Positions 24,101 to 36,780 of a stretch of 64,000 nt of DNA are shown one piece after another. Source of the stretch: Macrostomum lignano. Lineage: Eukaryota. Below the pieces are notes generated by a model, which did not search any database, had not been told where the DNA came from, and worked only from the letters and a program-made list of their open reading frames with translations. Each line of letters opens with the position of its first letter. The stretch's first letter is position 1. The position numbers and the translations under genes were made by a program. Location of the stretch: NCBI GenBank assembly GCA_002269645.1, contig NIVC01002297.1:1-64000 (forward strand). The letters run 5' to 3'.

Positions 24101-27100
24101 GGAGGATTCTTTGAGCGTCAAGCAGAAATTGCAGCAAAAGTTGCCGTCTTTGATGGCGAAACACGGAAATTGGGAGCGGAGCTGTTTGGGTCCTTTGCTG
24201 CAGTGACCTCGGGTGAACTCCGTGCCGAAATGATTGCGTGTGACTGCCTGACAAATGGGTGGGCGGCAGCTTCAAGCCCAAGCACTATACATAAGTGTGC
24301 GTATTATCAGGTAATTGACTGAGATTACACTCCCAGCCATGCATGTTGGCTGGATTAGCAATCCATTTTAATCCCTTCATGATTGATTGGCTAGATTAGC
24401 AATCCATTTTAATCCCTTCATGATTGATTGGCTAGATTAGCAGTCCATTTTAATCCCTTCATGATTGATTGGCTAGATTAGCAATCCATTTTAATCCCTT
24501 CATGATTGATTGGCTAGATTAGCAATCCCCTCTAATAATATTCCTTCATCTGATTTCTACGGCATGTATCACTCAGAGGCGCATGCATCTATCAGAGAGA
24601 AGCCCAAGGCGCATCTATCAGAGAGAAGCCCAAGGCGCATCTATGAGAGAGAAGCCCAAGGCGCATCTATCAGAGAGAAGCCCAAGGCGCATCTATCAGA
24701 GAGAAGCCCAAGGCGCATCTATCAGAGAGAAGCCCAAGGCGCATCTATCAGAGAGAAGCCCAAGGCGCATCTATCAGAGAGAAGCCCAAGGCGCATCTAT
24801 CAGAGAGAAGCCCAAGGCGCATCTATCAGAGAGAAGCCCAAGGCGCATCTATCAGAGAGAAGCCCAAGGCGCATCTATGAGAGAGAAGCCCAAGGCGCAT
24901 CTATCAGAGAGAAGCCCAAGGCGCATCTATCAGAGAGAAGCCCAAGGCGCATCTATCAGAGAGAAGCCCAAGGCGCATCTATCAGAGAGAAGCCCAAGGC
25001 GCATCTATCAGAGAGAAGCCCAAGGCGCATCTATCAGAGAGAAGCCCAAGGCGCATCTATGAGAGAGAAGCCCAAGGCGCATCTATCAGAGAGAAGCACA
25101 AGGCGCATCTATCAGAGAGAAGCCCAAGGCGCATCTATCAGAGAGAAGCCCAAGGCGCATCTATGAGAGAGAAACCCAAGGCGCATCTATCAGAGAGAAG
25201 CCCAAGGCGCATCTATCAGAGAGAAGCCCAAGGCGCATCTATCAGAGAGAAGCCCAAGGCGCATCTATCAGAGAGAAGCCCAAGGCGCATCTATCAGAGA
25301 GAAGCACAAGGCGCATCTATCAGAGAGAAGCCCAAGGCGCATCTATGAGAGAGAAGCCCAAGGCGCATCTATCAGAGAGAAGCCCAAGGCGCATCTATCA
25401 GAGAGAAGCCCAAGGCGCATCTATCAGAGAGAAGCCCAAGGCGCATCTATCAGAGAGAAGCCCAAGGCGCATCTATCAGAGAGAAGCCCAAGGCGCATCT
25501 ATCAGAGAGAAGCCCAAGGCGCATCTATCAGAGAGAAGCCCAAGGCGCATCTATCAGAGAGAAGCCCAAGGCGCATCTATCAGAGAGAAGCCCAAGGCGC
25601 ATCTATCAGAGAGAAGCCCAAGGCGCATCTATGAGAGAGAAGCCCAAGGCGCATCTATCAGAGAGAAGCACAAGGCGCATCTATCAGAGAGAAGCCCAAG
25701 GCGCATCTATCAGAGAGAAGCCCAAGGCGCATCTATGAGAGAGAAACCCAAGGCGCATCTATCAGAGAGAAGCCCAAGGCGCATCTATCAGAGAAAACCC
25801 CAAGGCGCATCTATCAGAGATAAGCCCAGGGCGCATCTATCAGAGAAAACCCCAAGGCGCATCTATCAGAGAGAAGCCCAAGGCGCATCTATCAGAGAAA
25901 ACCCCAAGGCGCATCTATCAGAGAGAAGCCCAAGGCGCATCTATCAGAGAGAAGCCCAAGGCGCATCTATCAGAGAAAACCCCAAGGCGCATCTATCAGA
26001 GATAAGCCCAAGGCGCATCTATCAGAGAGAAGCCCAAGGCGCATCGGGCCAACCTACGGTCGCCCGAAAGGCCGAATTTCAATTTGTGAAAATTCCAAGC
26101 CATGCGAATGCAGACGGCCGTTTACAAACTCAAAAACAATAAGTTGGAATTTTCGGGCGTGTTTCTGGTGGCCAGGTGGGCATTGAATGGCGAGCGCAGT
26201 TTCGCGGGTGGGTGCCCAGAACAACAGGCCGCAGAGCTGAGCCCCCTGAAAACTTCGCCTGTTGTGCTCTGTAGGGTGGGGCCATTGTGCGGCGCCTCTC
26301 CGAGCTGCAGGAGTTGCTGCAGAGTCCATTGACATTCTCCTCTCTCTCACCCTTCTCTCTCTGTTCTGCTGGAGTTTCCTATTTATAAAACTTGAGCGCT
26401 TTGCTTTTGCTTTGATGCCTCGGGCTGGCCTGTCTGTCTGCCCAACTTTCCGCCTCCCTCAGCGTAGCCAAATTGTGCAAAGCCAAAAATCTCCTGAGCG
26501 CCTTTAGGGCTGCTGCTTTTTCTGTGTTGCAGAAATAACCTGCTGCGTCTTTTTTTGGCCAGCTTGCAGCAGAGCACAACCTGTGTGATGTGCGACATTG
26601 GCAAATCCGAAAGATGTTTCTAGGGAAAAAATTCCAGCAATGGAGTATTAATGAGCTCGCCCTGCTCCGCTACTCCGCTCCCCATCCTCCGTAGACTCCG
26701 GAGACTTTTGCTCACTGGAGAAAACATGAGCTGGAGCTGGGGTTTTCTCGGCCTTATTAATCATTTTTGTTATTACTCTGTCACAAGACTCGAGCCTTCA
26801 GATGAGACTGGGGGGGGGGCGAACTCAAGAAGCGAAATCGAATTTACTGAGTTGCATCGCACGAATGGTTTATTTATTCACAGTTTTATTGAGTATTTTG
26901 CTTAACTATTACTCACAGTAGACACAAAGCAAAATTAATGCGTTTTTCTAAAACTGTTTTAGCTACGCCAAGCTGCTTTTGCTGCCTGACCGCCTGAAGA
27001 AGAAGACTAAAGTGAAAAAGAACACGGCTAATCCTGTGTTCGACGAGTCGTTTAAGGTGAGTTCCCTGGTTGCAGTGCTCATTCCTTCATGATTGATCAG

Positions 27101-30100
27101 GCTCAGGGATTCCCTGGTTGGGGTGCCGCATGGAATTCAAGAAAGCTTATAATCAGTTTTTGTTCTGGCAAACAAGCAGACCCTGCGTTAAAGACATGAC
27201 GGAAATACGGGGGATCGGGGGATGCTTGCTATCTGGGGGGTGCTTGCTATCTGGGGCATGCTTGCTATCTGGGGGGATGCTTGCTATCTGGGGGATGCTT
27301 GCTATCTGGGGGATGCTTGCTATCTGGGGGATGCTTGCTATCTGGTGGATGCTTGCTATCTGGGGGATGCTTGCTATCTGGTGGATGCTTGCTATCTGGG
27401 TGAATGCTTGCTATCTGGGGATGCTTGCTATCTGGGGGATGCTTGCTATCTGGGGGATGCTTGCTATCTGGGGATGCTTGCTATCTGGGGGATGCTTGCT
27501 ATCTGGGGATGCTTGCTATCTGGGGGATGCTTGCTATCTGGGGGATGCTTGCTATCTGGTGGATGCTTGCTATCTGGGGATGCTTGCTATCTGGGGGATG
27601 CTTGCTATCTGGGGTATGCTTGCTATCTGGGTGGATGCCTGTTGTCTTTACCTTTATTTTTGTGTACTTTTGTTACTTTTAGAAAAAAGAGATTCATAAC
27701 AAACGTCTTTGTCCATGACAATTTTACTCGAATAAGGTGATTTATGAAACCGAAGAAGGAATCGGTTCTTAAGAAAAAGTGCTTTTTAATGGATTTGCTT
27801 GAATAATTTTTGCTACTTGCTTATTGGGCGCCCCAAAGGGGGCACTAGATTGCTAGCACTGTTTCTCATAGTGAATTGTCCGTTTACCTGGATGGAGTGC
27901 ATTCGTCTGGAGCAAATTTGTCTATGGCAAAACTCCATTTAGCCCCATTCCTTATAGCTTTTTCCAAGATATGTTTGCCAAAGTAATGGAGCTTTTGTCT
28001 GTGGTATCAAGGCGTATCTAACACAGACAAAAAATGTATCTTGCATTAAATTCAATGCGCGTAGGCCCAAATGGGCTGCAAAAAGCTATATTTTATATTG
28101 TTATTACTTTCATCGAATGCTCTCTGCGGCCTTCCAGTTCCCAGCGCCGACTTCGCCGCAGCCGGCCAGCCGCCAGCTGCTGGTCTCCGTGTGGCAGAGC
28201 ACCGACTTCCTGCAGTCGGACCAGCTGCTCGGCGACTGCCGCGTTGACCTCGGCTCGCGGCCGGCTTCGACGCAACCCAGCTGGCACCAGCTGAGCTGCC
28301 ACTCCAGACGGTCCTCCCAGCAGGAGGCGTCACAGCAGATCAGCGGCGAGCTGGTCGTGGCCGTTAGGCTGGCTGGCGAGGAGCTGCAGGTCCTGGTGAA
28401 GGAGGCGCTCGGCTTGGCGAGCTTCCGGCCAGCGATGGAGCCGTTTGTGAAACTGTAAGAGGAACTGAAACCTGCGCTGCTGAAATACCCGATAATTCCC
28501 GGAAATTCTCCCACTCAGCATCTGCAATCTGGGGCCGAGCGCCCGGCTTCAAGGTATCCGGTGGCCACAGTAGTTTGGGACTTGTCGAGCGGTCCATGAG
28601 GACCAACCCCCTCCATGAGGACCAACCCCCTCCATGAGGACCAACCCCCTCCATGAGGACCAACCCCCTCCATGAGGACCAATCCCCTCCATGAGGACCA
28701 ACCCCCTTCCATGAGGACCAATCCCCTTCCATGAGGACCAATCCCCTTCCATCAGGACCAATCCCCTTCCATGAGGACCAATCCCCTTCCATGAGGACCA
28801 ACCCCCTCCGTGAGGACCAACCCCCTCCGTGAGGACCAATCCCCTCCATGAGGACTAACCCCCTTCCATGAGGACCAATCCCCTCCATGAGGACCAACCC
28901 CCTCCATGAGGACCAACCCCCTCCATGAGGACCAACCCTTCCATGAGGACCAACCCCCTCCATGACCAATTCCCTTCCATGAGGACCAACCCCCTCCATG
29001 AGGACCAATCTCCTCCATGACCAATTCCCTTCCATGAGGACCAACCCCCTCCATGAGGACCAACCCCCTCCATGAGGACCAACCCCCTCCATGAGGACCA
29101 ACCCTTCCATGAGGACCAACCCCCCTCCATGAAGACCAATCCCCTCCATGAGGACCAACCCCCTCCATGAGGACCAACCCCCTCCATGAACAATCCCCTC
29201 CATGAGGACCAACCCCCTCCATGAGGACCAACCCCCTCCATGAGGACCAATCCCCTTCCATGAGGACCAATCCCCTTCCATGAGGACCAACCCCCTCCAT
29301 GAGGACCAACCCCCTCCGTGAGGACCAATCCCCTCCATGAGGACTAACCCCCTTCCATGAGGACCAATCCCCTCCATGAGGACCAACCCCCTCCATGAGG
29401 ACCAACCCCCTCCATGAGGACCAACCCTTCCATGAGGACCAACCCCCTCCATGACCAATTCCCTTCCATGAGGACCAACCCCCTCCATGAGGACCAATCT
29501 CCTCCATGACCAATTCCCTTCCATGAGGACCAACCCCCTCCATGAGGACCAACCCCCTCCATGAGGACCAACCCCCTCCATGAGGACCAACCCCCTCCAT
29601 GAGGACCAACCCTTCCATGAGGACCAACCCCCCTCCATGAAGACCAATCCCCTCCATGAGGACCAACCCCCTCCATGAGGACCAACCCCCTCCATGAACA
29701 ATCCCCTCCATGAGGACCAACCCCCTCCATGACCAATCCCCTCCATGAGGACCAACCCCCTCCATGAGGACCAACCCCCTCCATGAGGACCAACCCTTCC
29801 ATGAGGACCAACCCCCTCCATGAAGACCAATCCCCTCCATGAGGACCAACCCCCTCCATGAGGACCAACCCCCTCCATGAACAATCCCCTCCATGAGGAC
29901 CAACCCCCTCCATGACCAACCCCCTCCATGAGGACCAACCCCCTCCATGAGGACCAATCTCCTCCATGACCAATTCCCTTCCATGAGGACCAACCCCCTC
30001 CATGAGGACCAACCCCCTCCATGAGGACCAACCCCCTCCATGAGGACCAACCCTTCCATGAGGACCAACCCCCCTCCATGAAGACCAATCCCCTCCATGA

Positions 30101-30778
30101 GGACCAACCCCCTCCATGAGGACCAACCCCCTCCATGAACAATCCCCTCCATGAGGACCAACCCCCTCCATGACCAATCCCCTCCATGAGGACCAACCCC
30201 CTCCATGAGGACCCACCCCCTCCATGAGGACCAACCCCCAGAGCACAGAATTTGAAGGCTCTTGAAGATTAAAAAGTCAGGGCCGCCGCACACTCTGTGA
30301 GTGCGTGCCTCCTGTGGGAATTGCAGCATGCGTGCTTTGTGGATTTTCGGCAGTGCATGAAGGTCCCCTTGCAAACCAATTGTCCGATTTCTTCCCTTCC
30401 TCTCTTATCCTCGAATCCCCACAACTCCCTCCCAGCTACCTGCTGCCGGACCGCAGCAAGCGCGGCAAGCGCAAGACCACAACGGCGCCGATTCGTGGCG
30501 CCGGCGCCGGTGCCAGCGGCGTCTCCGCCAAGTGGAGCGCCGCGCTAAAATTCGACGGGGTCGGCGCCGACAGCCTGGCAGCTCGCGGCCTCGAGTTCAG
30601 CGTCTGGGACGGATCGGGACCTGGCAGCCTGGGCCACCTGGGCCACCTGGGCTACCGGCAGTACCTGGGTGGGGCGCTGCTGTCCGAGCTCGGATCGCTG
30701 GTGGCCGGTGGCGGCTGGGCGGAGGCGCGGCTGCAGCTGAGGGACCTTCGGCAGCAGCGAGCGCCGGCTGCGGAGTGA
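11985..30778 (+). CDS. Synaptotagmin-like protein (Slp/SYTL/bitesize-like Rab27 effector), ~3,264 aa
   Basis: Phase-consistent exons: 11985-12133, 12233-12454, 12881-13020, 13189-13485, 14147-20492, 21175-23061, 26963-27056, 28138-28454, 30436-30778 (9,795 nt, divisible by 3). N-terminus has an SHD helix (HFLTDQEKETVVEVLQRNEKIRK), a zinc finger (4 x CxxC) and a KIGNW motif. C-terminus has C2A (KKTKVKKNTANPVFDESFK) and C2B (EPFVKLYLLPDRSKRGKRKT). Confidence 0.88.
12233..12454 (+). CDS. Slp exon 2 (FYVE-related zinc finger)
   Basis: CPRC...CFLC...CKSC...CSVC; CTGCAG acceptor and GTGAGT donor. Confidence 0.9.
12881..13020 (+). CDS. Slp exon 3 (SHD2, KIGNW motif)
   Basis: CTGCAG acceptor and GTACGA donor, phases consistent. 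Confidence 0.8.
13189..13485 (+). CDS. Slp exon 4 (acidic linker)
   Basis: Strong polypyrimidine tract plus CAG; GTGAGA donor. Confidence 0.8.
14147..20492 (+). CDS. Slp giant exon 5 (6,346 bp; acidic, internally repeated, Pro/Gln-rich end)
   Basis: Uninterrupted ORF 14017..20496 trimmed to a TTCCAG acceptor and AG/GTAAAT donor; phases match both neighbours. Confidence 0.85.
21175..23061 (+). CDS. Slp exon 6 (linker and start of C2A)
   Basis: ORF 21116..23065; ends GEIRLSV...LTVHVIECRGL, the first C2 strands; GTGAGC donor. Confidence 0.88.
23572..23706. repeat. Intronic tandem repeat, ~45-bp unit, 3 copies
   Basis: GGCTTCTCATGTGAGCCTGGCCAGGGAGTTTTAGAGGGAGAATCT repeated. Confidence 0.9.
24347..24527. 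repeat. Intronic tandem repeat, 41-bp unit, ~4 copies
   Basis: GATTGGCTAGATTAGCAATCCATTTTAATCCCTTCATGATT repeated. Confidence 0.92.
24582..26045. repeat. Intronic minisatellite, 26-bp unit GCATCTATCAGAGAGAAGCCCAAGGC
   Basis: About 56 copies in 1.46 kb. Confidence 0.98.
26963..27056 (+). CDS. Slp exon 7 (C2A polybasic strand)
   Basis: TTTTAG acceptor and AAG/GTGAGT donor; encodes YAKLLLLPDRLKKKTKVKKNTANPVFDESFK. Too short for the ORF track. Confidence 0.9.
27220..27638. repeat. Intronic minisatellite, 19-20-bp unit GGATGCTTGCTATCTGG(G)n
   Basis: About 21 copies with variable G-run length. Confidence 0.96.
28138..28454 (+). CDS. Slp exon 8 (C2A end, C2B start)
   Basis: LLVSVWQ...DQLLGDCRVDL...SGELVVAVRL...EPFVKL; GTAAGA donor. 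Confidence 0.88.
28596..30240. repeat. Intronic C-rich minisatellite, ~19-20-bp unit CCATGAGGACCAACCCCCT
   Basis: 1.65-kb array with recurring variant units. Confidence 0.97.
30436..30778 (+). CDS. Slp terminal exon (C2B)
   Basis: YLLPDRSKRGKRKT...LEFSVWD...YLGG; TGA stop. Confidence 0.88.
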
Positions 30779-31699
30779 CATTGTGGAATTTTTCAAGTTA
30801 ATAAGAATGCGCGCTTAGCCTGAGTATTTTACCCTCATTCAGTACTTGAGAGTCGGTACTTCCCAAGGTTGTACAAGTATTGCACTGTCTACGAGTACTT
30901 TTGTTCTTCCTGAGTGGCTGCTGTAATTGCCTGCGGGTTCATGAAAGGTCTTCACCCTCAGTTCCCTAATAGCTCTGCTCACCTGAGTCTTGACTTTGAC
31001 ATCAGGCATAAATTGACAGCAGCGCAAAACTCTGCGTTGCTCATTATAGTTACCTGTCTTTACTGAGCGCTAGAAAATGGACTAAACAATACTCGCGATT
31101 GCTCACTTTTCATACATAATGAATTTAACCTGGCTGCATGCAACTTGCATGTTTTTAATCTTCCTTCCCCCCCGGCAAAGAATATTTTATTCTGCATTGG
31201 CTTCTCCTAATCATGTCTCTATTATTTTCTTCGGCTAAAGTTATTGAGACGCTGTCTGACTCAAATACATGACGTTCAACGCCACTCGTATTAATTAGCA
31301 CCTTCATCAAGAGAATTTGAATCTTTTTAGGTCCAAGCTTGCCAGTTAAATCTCTGTTAATTTTTTTACTTCAACCTAAGGGGATCGGAGATTCCAATGA
31401 ATTCCAATGCATTCAACGCAGTTTAAACTCGGGTCTCAAGCAGCCGCATAGCTCAGCATCCTGGGGTGCCGCACCGGCCGCTTCCTGTGCGCTGTTCCGC
31501 CAACAGCGACAAATCGAGACGCGGTGCCGAGAGGCCAGTGAAAGCCCAAAGGAAGTTTGCTCGAATTTACTTCGCAATGCGAATGCTTTCTGGTTGTGTT
31601 TTTGCTAAAGATCAGATTTCCAATCCGATATAAAGGGACGCCGGTCAGTCCCGAACCCTTCAAGGGCTGCCCCCCCACCCCAGCAGTGTTGGCATCCCG

Positions 31700-33429
31700 A
31701 TGGGCAAAAAGTGGTTCCGCAAGTCCAAGCCCAAGCCCAAGCGGAAGGCCGCCGCCGACGGCATCTCCTCTCCGAAGTCCTACGCCGCTTTCAGTAGCGT
31801 CTTCGAGGAGTCGCTGCCTTCGGGCTGCAACGAAGCTGATTCCTTAGCTCTATCAAGTCAGCAGCCCTCGCCGCAGCCTCCACCGCTGCCGCCGCCCAGG
31901 CGATGGTCGCGCAGTGAATCGAACGCATCGACCTGCGAGCAGCTTCGGGAGGCGCTGCACGCCAGGCTCACGACCATCTCGTCGGTGTCCTCCGCCGACG
32001 AGAAACAGTCTACAGCCTCTTCCTCATCCTCTTCAACGTCATCTTCTTCTTCTAGCAGTTCCTCGTCATCCTCATCATCTTCTTCCAGCAGTTCTTCTTC
32101 GTCTTCTTCCAGCAGTTCTTCATCGTCTTCTTCGAGCAGTTCTTCTTCCTTCTCCCGCACGGGCAGTCGTCGCAGCCGCAGCCTAGGCACGATTCACGAG
32201 GACAGCCGGTGCGCCTACTTCACTAACGATGGGTGCCACTCTGCATCAACTGGAGAGCAGCTGGACAGATCGATGGCATCCAGGTCCTGGGAGTTCAGCC
32301 ACTCATTCAGCTCAGGCAGCGGCGCCGACTCGTCAGACTACTGCGCTCCGGTGCAGACCAAGCAGCGCCCCAACGAGAGCAACTGCTCAGAAACTGAAGC
32401 CCTTAGCCCCTGCTTGCACGATGAAACCTGCACAGTTGCCAAACAGAGGACGTCCGGCAGTAAAACGGCCAAGAGCTACCGCAACAACTTGGTGCAGAGC
32501 TGCGCTTCGCATCCAGAAGATGCGCAGTGCCCCGCTGCGCAACTGAAATGCAAACCCACTGGCACATGTATGTCACCAATGCAACAAGTTGTGACTTTTT
32601 TCAAATTTTAAATGGCCAATGAAAGCCAACAAACCACCACTATTCTTTTAGCGCCTTGTACCCAGAAGCCGAAAGCTTTGCATTCAACTTGTCAACAACC
32701 GAAAGTTTGCCGGGAAAAGTCTACTGATCAATATGAAACTGTTCGATCTTCGGCAACGGACTGCGAAGCTACAAATCCGTGCACTGTTCAACAGTGTGAG
32801 CTTTTGCGCTATCATTTTTTAATGTCCTTGAACTTACAAATTTGCTTCAGGATAAACATCTCATCAGGAATTTTGTAGGCATCGAGAGTGAGTACACCAG
32901 ACTGCCGTGTCAGACCTTCAAGTATCGTTCATTCGTCCCAGGAAGTACTTCAAAAGAGATCTCAAGACCGCCATGTCAGACGTTCAGGGATTATCAAACT
33001 TTAGACGGAAGCACCACTTCAACATCGTCCTCATCGGCGGACTGCAGTATCTCCTGCGACAGAACAAAAGATAATCTGCAGTCCACTCGGAAGCCAGCGT
33101 CGCTGAAACGCAGAGACTCCAGCAGGGCCGGCGCCTGCGCAAGCGTGCACAAGAGTCGCCACCGAGGCGCAGCCTGTGCCCGAGTCCGCCAGTGCCAACA
33201 GCCGCACCAGCAAGAGCTGCAGACCTTGCGCAAGGGCTTCCGCCATGCCGGCTGTCAGCACCAGCCCAGCATGGCCTGGAAGCTCAGCCAGGACAAGACG
33301 GGCCGCCCAACCTTCGTCAGTTGGCACAAGATGCCGGCTGGGAGCGACCTCAGCCGGTACGACCCCATCGCTCTGCACAGGTGCCTCATGCATAGGGAGT
33401 TCGGAAGCAGCTGCAACCTGCGCTGCTGA
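31700..33429 (+). CDS. Uncharacterised Ser-rich, low-complexity protein (~472 aa), two exons 31700-32567 and 32879-33429
   Basis: An intron 32568-32878 (GTATGT...TTGTAG, phase 1) joins ORF 31700..32611 to ORF 32842..33429 in frame. Basic N-terminus MGKKWFRKSKPKPKRK, poly-Ser tract, no recognised family. Confidence 0.6.
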
Positions 33430-33994
33430 AATAATTAACAGTTAGGCACCAATCGGAGCCTCTGATTCCTAGCTTTAAATCCGAGCACACGGCAACAACC
33501 CGTCTAAAATGACCAGAAACCGTCTTGAATCTTTAATAGAGTTTTTATATTGCAAAAGTACTTGCTTATCCACGCTCTGCTGTCTTCCAGTACAACTTAT
33601 TCCAGAGCACTTCTGGCCTAAATATTACCAACCAGTCAATAACTACGCGGAACTGATTTCAAACCAGCCACCTCACAATGCACTAAAAATTCAACTGGCT
33701 GCTCAAACTGGAGCAGCTAGCAACGGCCACGAAAGCGTATTAATCTAGAAATTTAATCCGCATAGTCAATCTAAAGCGCTTCTATTCTTTAGAAATCACG
33801 CATTGTAGCCGATTTAAAAGGCTATTTTATCTCAATAAATTCGGCACGTTTAAAATATGATTTTAGCGCTTTTTCGAATAGCAATTTCAAACAAAAGCTT
33901 AGAATTTTTTATTTCTCCAATCCTGTTTCATTATTTGCCCGCAATGTTTGTGAAAACCATTTTAGGAAGCATTTAGCTTGGATAAAAATTGTAA

Positions 33995-35245
33995 AAACAG
34001 TCACGAAGGCATATAGACACAACGAAGTCATAGAAACAGAACCTATAGACACAGCACAGCCATAGACACAGACACAGCCATAGACACAGACACAGCCATA
34101 GACACAGACACAGCCATAGACAGCACAGCCATAGACACAGCACAGCTAAAGACACAGCACAGCTAAAGACACAGACACAGCCATAGACACATCACAGCCA
34201 TAGACACATCACAGCCATAGACACATCACAGCTAAAGACACAGACACAGCCATAGACACAGCACGGCCATAGACACAGCACAGCCATAGAAACATCACAG
34301 CTAAAGACACAGACACAGCCATAGACACAGCACAGCCATAGACACAGAACGGCCATAGACACATCACAGCTAAAGACACAGACACAGCCATAAACACAGC
34401 ACGGCCATAGACACAGCACAGCCATAGACACAGCACGGCCATAGACACAGCACAGCCATAGACACATCACAGCTAAAGACACAGACACAGCCATAGACAC
34501 AGCACAGCCATAGACACAGCACAGCCATAGACACAGACACAGCCATAGACACAGCACGGCCATAGACACAGCACAGCCATAGACACATCACAGCTAAAGA
34601 CACAGACACAGCCATAGACACAGCACGGCTAAAGACACAGACACAGCCATAGACACAGACAGCCATAGACATATCACAGCCATAGACACAGCACAGCCAT
34701 AGACACATCACAGCTAAAGACACAGCACAGCCATAGACACATCACAGCCATAGACACAGACACAGCCATAGACACAGCACGGCCATAGACACAGCACAGC
34801 CATAGACACATCACAGCTAAAGACACAGACACAGCCATAGACACAGCACGGCTAAAGACACAGACACAGCCATAGACACAGACACAGCCATAGACACATC
34901 ACAGCCATAGACACAGACACAGCCATAGACACATCACAGCTAAAGACACAGACTCAGCCATAAACACAGCACGGCCATAGACACAGCACAGCCATAGACA
35001 CATCACAGCCATAGACACAGCACAGCTAAAGACACAGCACGGCCATAGACACAGCACAGCCATAGACACATCACAGCCATAGACACAGCACAGCCATAGA
35101 CACATCACAGCCATAGACACAGCACAGCCATAGAAACATCACAGCTGAAGACACAGACACAGCCATAGACACAGCACGGCCATAGACACAGCACAGCCAT
35201 AGACACAGCACGGCCATAGACACAGCACAGCCATAGACACAGCAA
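33995..35245. repeat. Compound minisatellite built on (CACAGCCATAGACACAG/ACATC/GCTAAAG) units
   Basis: 1.25-kb array of related 17-25-bp units. Confidence 0.95.
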
Positions 35246-36295
35246 GACTCATCTGACAAAGATTAAAATGGACACCAGAACTTACATGGAGTTGAGCTTC
35301 ATAGCTTTTATCTAAGCCTGCAAGCTTCAAGCAAGAAAGCAGCTGTTGAACTGGGCAGGGAATTTGGGGTTTGAAGTTTTTGTTTTTTTCGATAACAAAT
35401 TTGGTCCATATTTGGACGCTGGTGGGGCATTCGAAGGTTGCGTGAGATTCTCCCACCCACGCACAGTTGCTTTCATGCAGCAATGCCGATGGCTGTTGGA
35501 GTCGACTCGTGACTAAAATTGGTGAGTAATTTGATTATCACACGAGCTCTGCCAGCTGGCAAACAGTTTCTCAGCCTTTCTGAGTTCAACTCGGCCTAAA
35601 AAAGCTGATGACAGTTGCCAGGGTGTCAGGATTTAAGAGTGTCAAGGTGTCAGGCTTTCAGGGTCAGTTTTTCAAGGTCAAATTGTGAGTCGCTCCGATG
35701 CATTTGAGTTTTGGTTCTTGGCCCGATATGGAAATGCAAGACAGCTGGTGTGCAACTCGTATGTGCAGTATCGAGAGGACCTGATATCGAAAGGGCGACA
35801 AGATGATATTTTTCTTCAAAGGAAAACATGTATGAGTTTTTGCGATACCAGGAAAGTCTAGCACAATTGCCTGGTTCCTGACCAACTGTGTAATGATTTT
35901 ATTTTAAGGATTTTGAGGATTTTAAGGATTTTGGGGACAAGCAGAAGTCGATGCAGGGATAAAAAACATTTTTCAGGAGAATTAAACAATTTTGTGAGAC
36001 TAACAGAAGACAAAAGATCAGCTTTCATAGTCAGTCACAGCAATAAGTAGCTCGGAAAATGACTCTTAATCAAATCGAAATTCAGATTGACTGCCTCAAC
36101 TGATTAATAAAATCTGCGCACTTAAACGATGTTTTGTTAATCTCGTTAATTAGAAATATTGCTAGCCCATTTCAAGGCGAAATGAATTATTCGAATTGTA
36201 CCGATTCTGAAACTTTGTTTTTCAATAATAAACAGAATCAAAGAGAGAATCGACTGGGTTAACAGGAAGCGAAATTAGCAAGTGGTTGGTGTTCC

Positions 36296-36780
36296 TGAAA
36301 GGAGCTGGATGAATGACCAGGGGGCCTGAAGGGAGCTGGATGAGTGACCAGGGGGCCTGAAGGGAGCTGGATGAGTGAACAGGGGGCCTGAAGGGAGCTG
36401 GATGAGTGAACAGGGGGCCTGAAGGGAGCTGGATGAGTGACCAGGGGGCCTGAAGGGAGCTGGATGAGTGAACAGGGGGCCTGAAGGGAGCTGGATGAGT
36501 GAACAGGGGCCTGAAGGGAGCTGGATGAGTGAACAGGGGCCTGAAGGGAGCTGGATGAGTGAACAGGGGGCCTGAAGGGAGCTGGATGAGTGAACAGGGG
36601 GCCTGAAGGGAGCTGGATGAGTGACCAGGGGGCCTGAAGGGAGCTGGATGAGTGACCAGGGGGCCTGAAGGGAGCTGGATGAGTGACCAGGGGCATGAAA
36701 GGCGCTAGATGAGTGACCAAGGTCCCTGAAGGGAGCTGGATGAGTGAACAGGGGCCTGAAGGGAGCTGGACGAGTGACCT
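36296..36780. repeat. Minisatellite, 30-31-bp unit GGGGGCCTGAAGGGAGCTGGATGAGTGACCA
   Basis: About 15 copies. Confidence 0.95.

Noticed and set aside
23760-24330. Possible nested gene or alternative first exon inside the Slp intron
   Set aside because: GC-rich, but only short ORFs with no recognisable domain or convincing splice pair. It cannot be supported without RNA data.
24510-30374. Repeat-derived ORFs (REKPKAHLSE, MLAIWG, MEGVGPHGGGWSSW)
   Set aside because: All arise from stop-free minisatellite units inside Slp introns; the spliced gene model skips them.
32609-32878. Stop-codon readthrough from ORF 31700..32611 into ORF 32612..32878
   Set aside because: The stop is TAA, not a Sec-type TGA. 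A canonical intron 32568-32878 removes the region and joins the flanking ORFs in frame.
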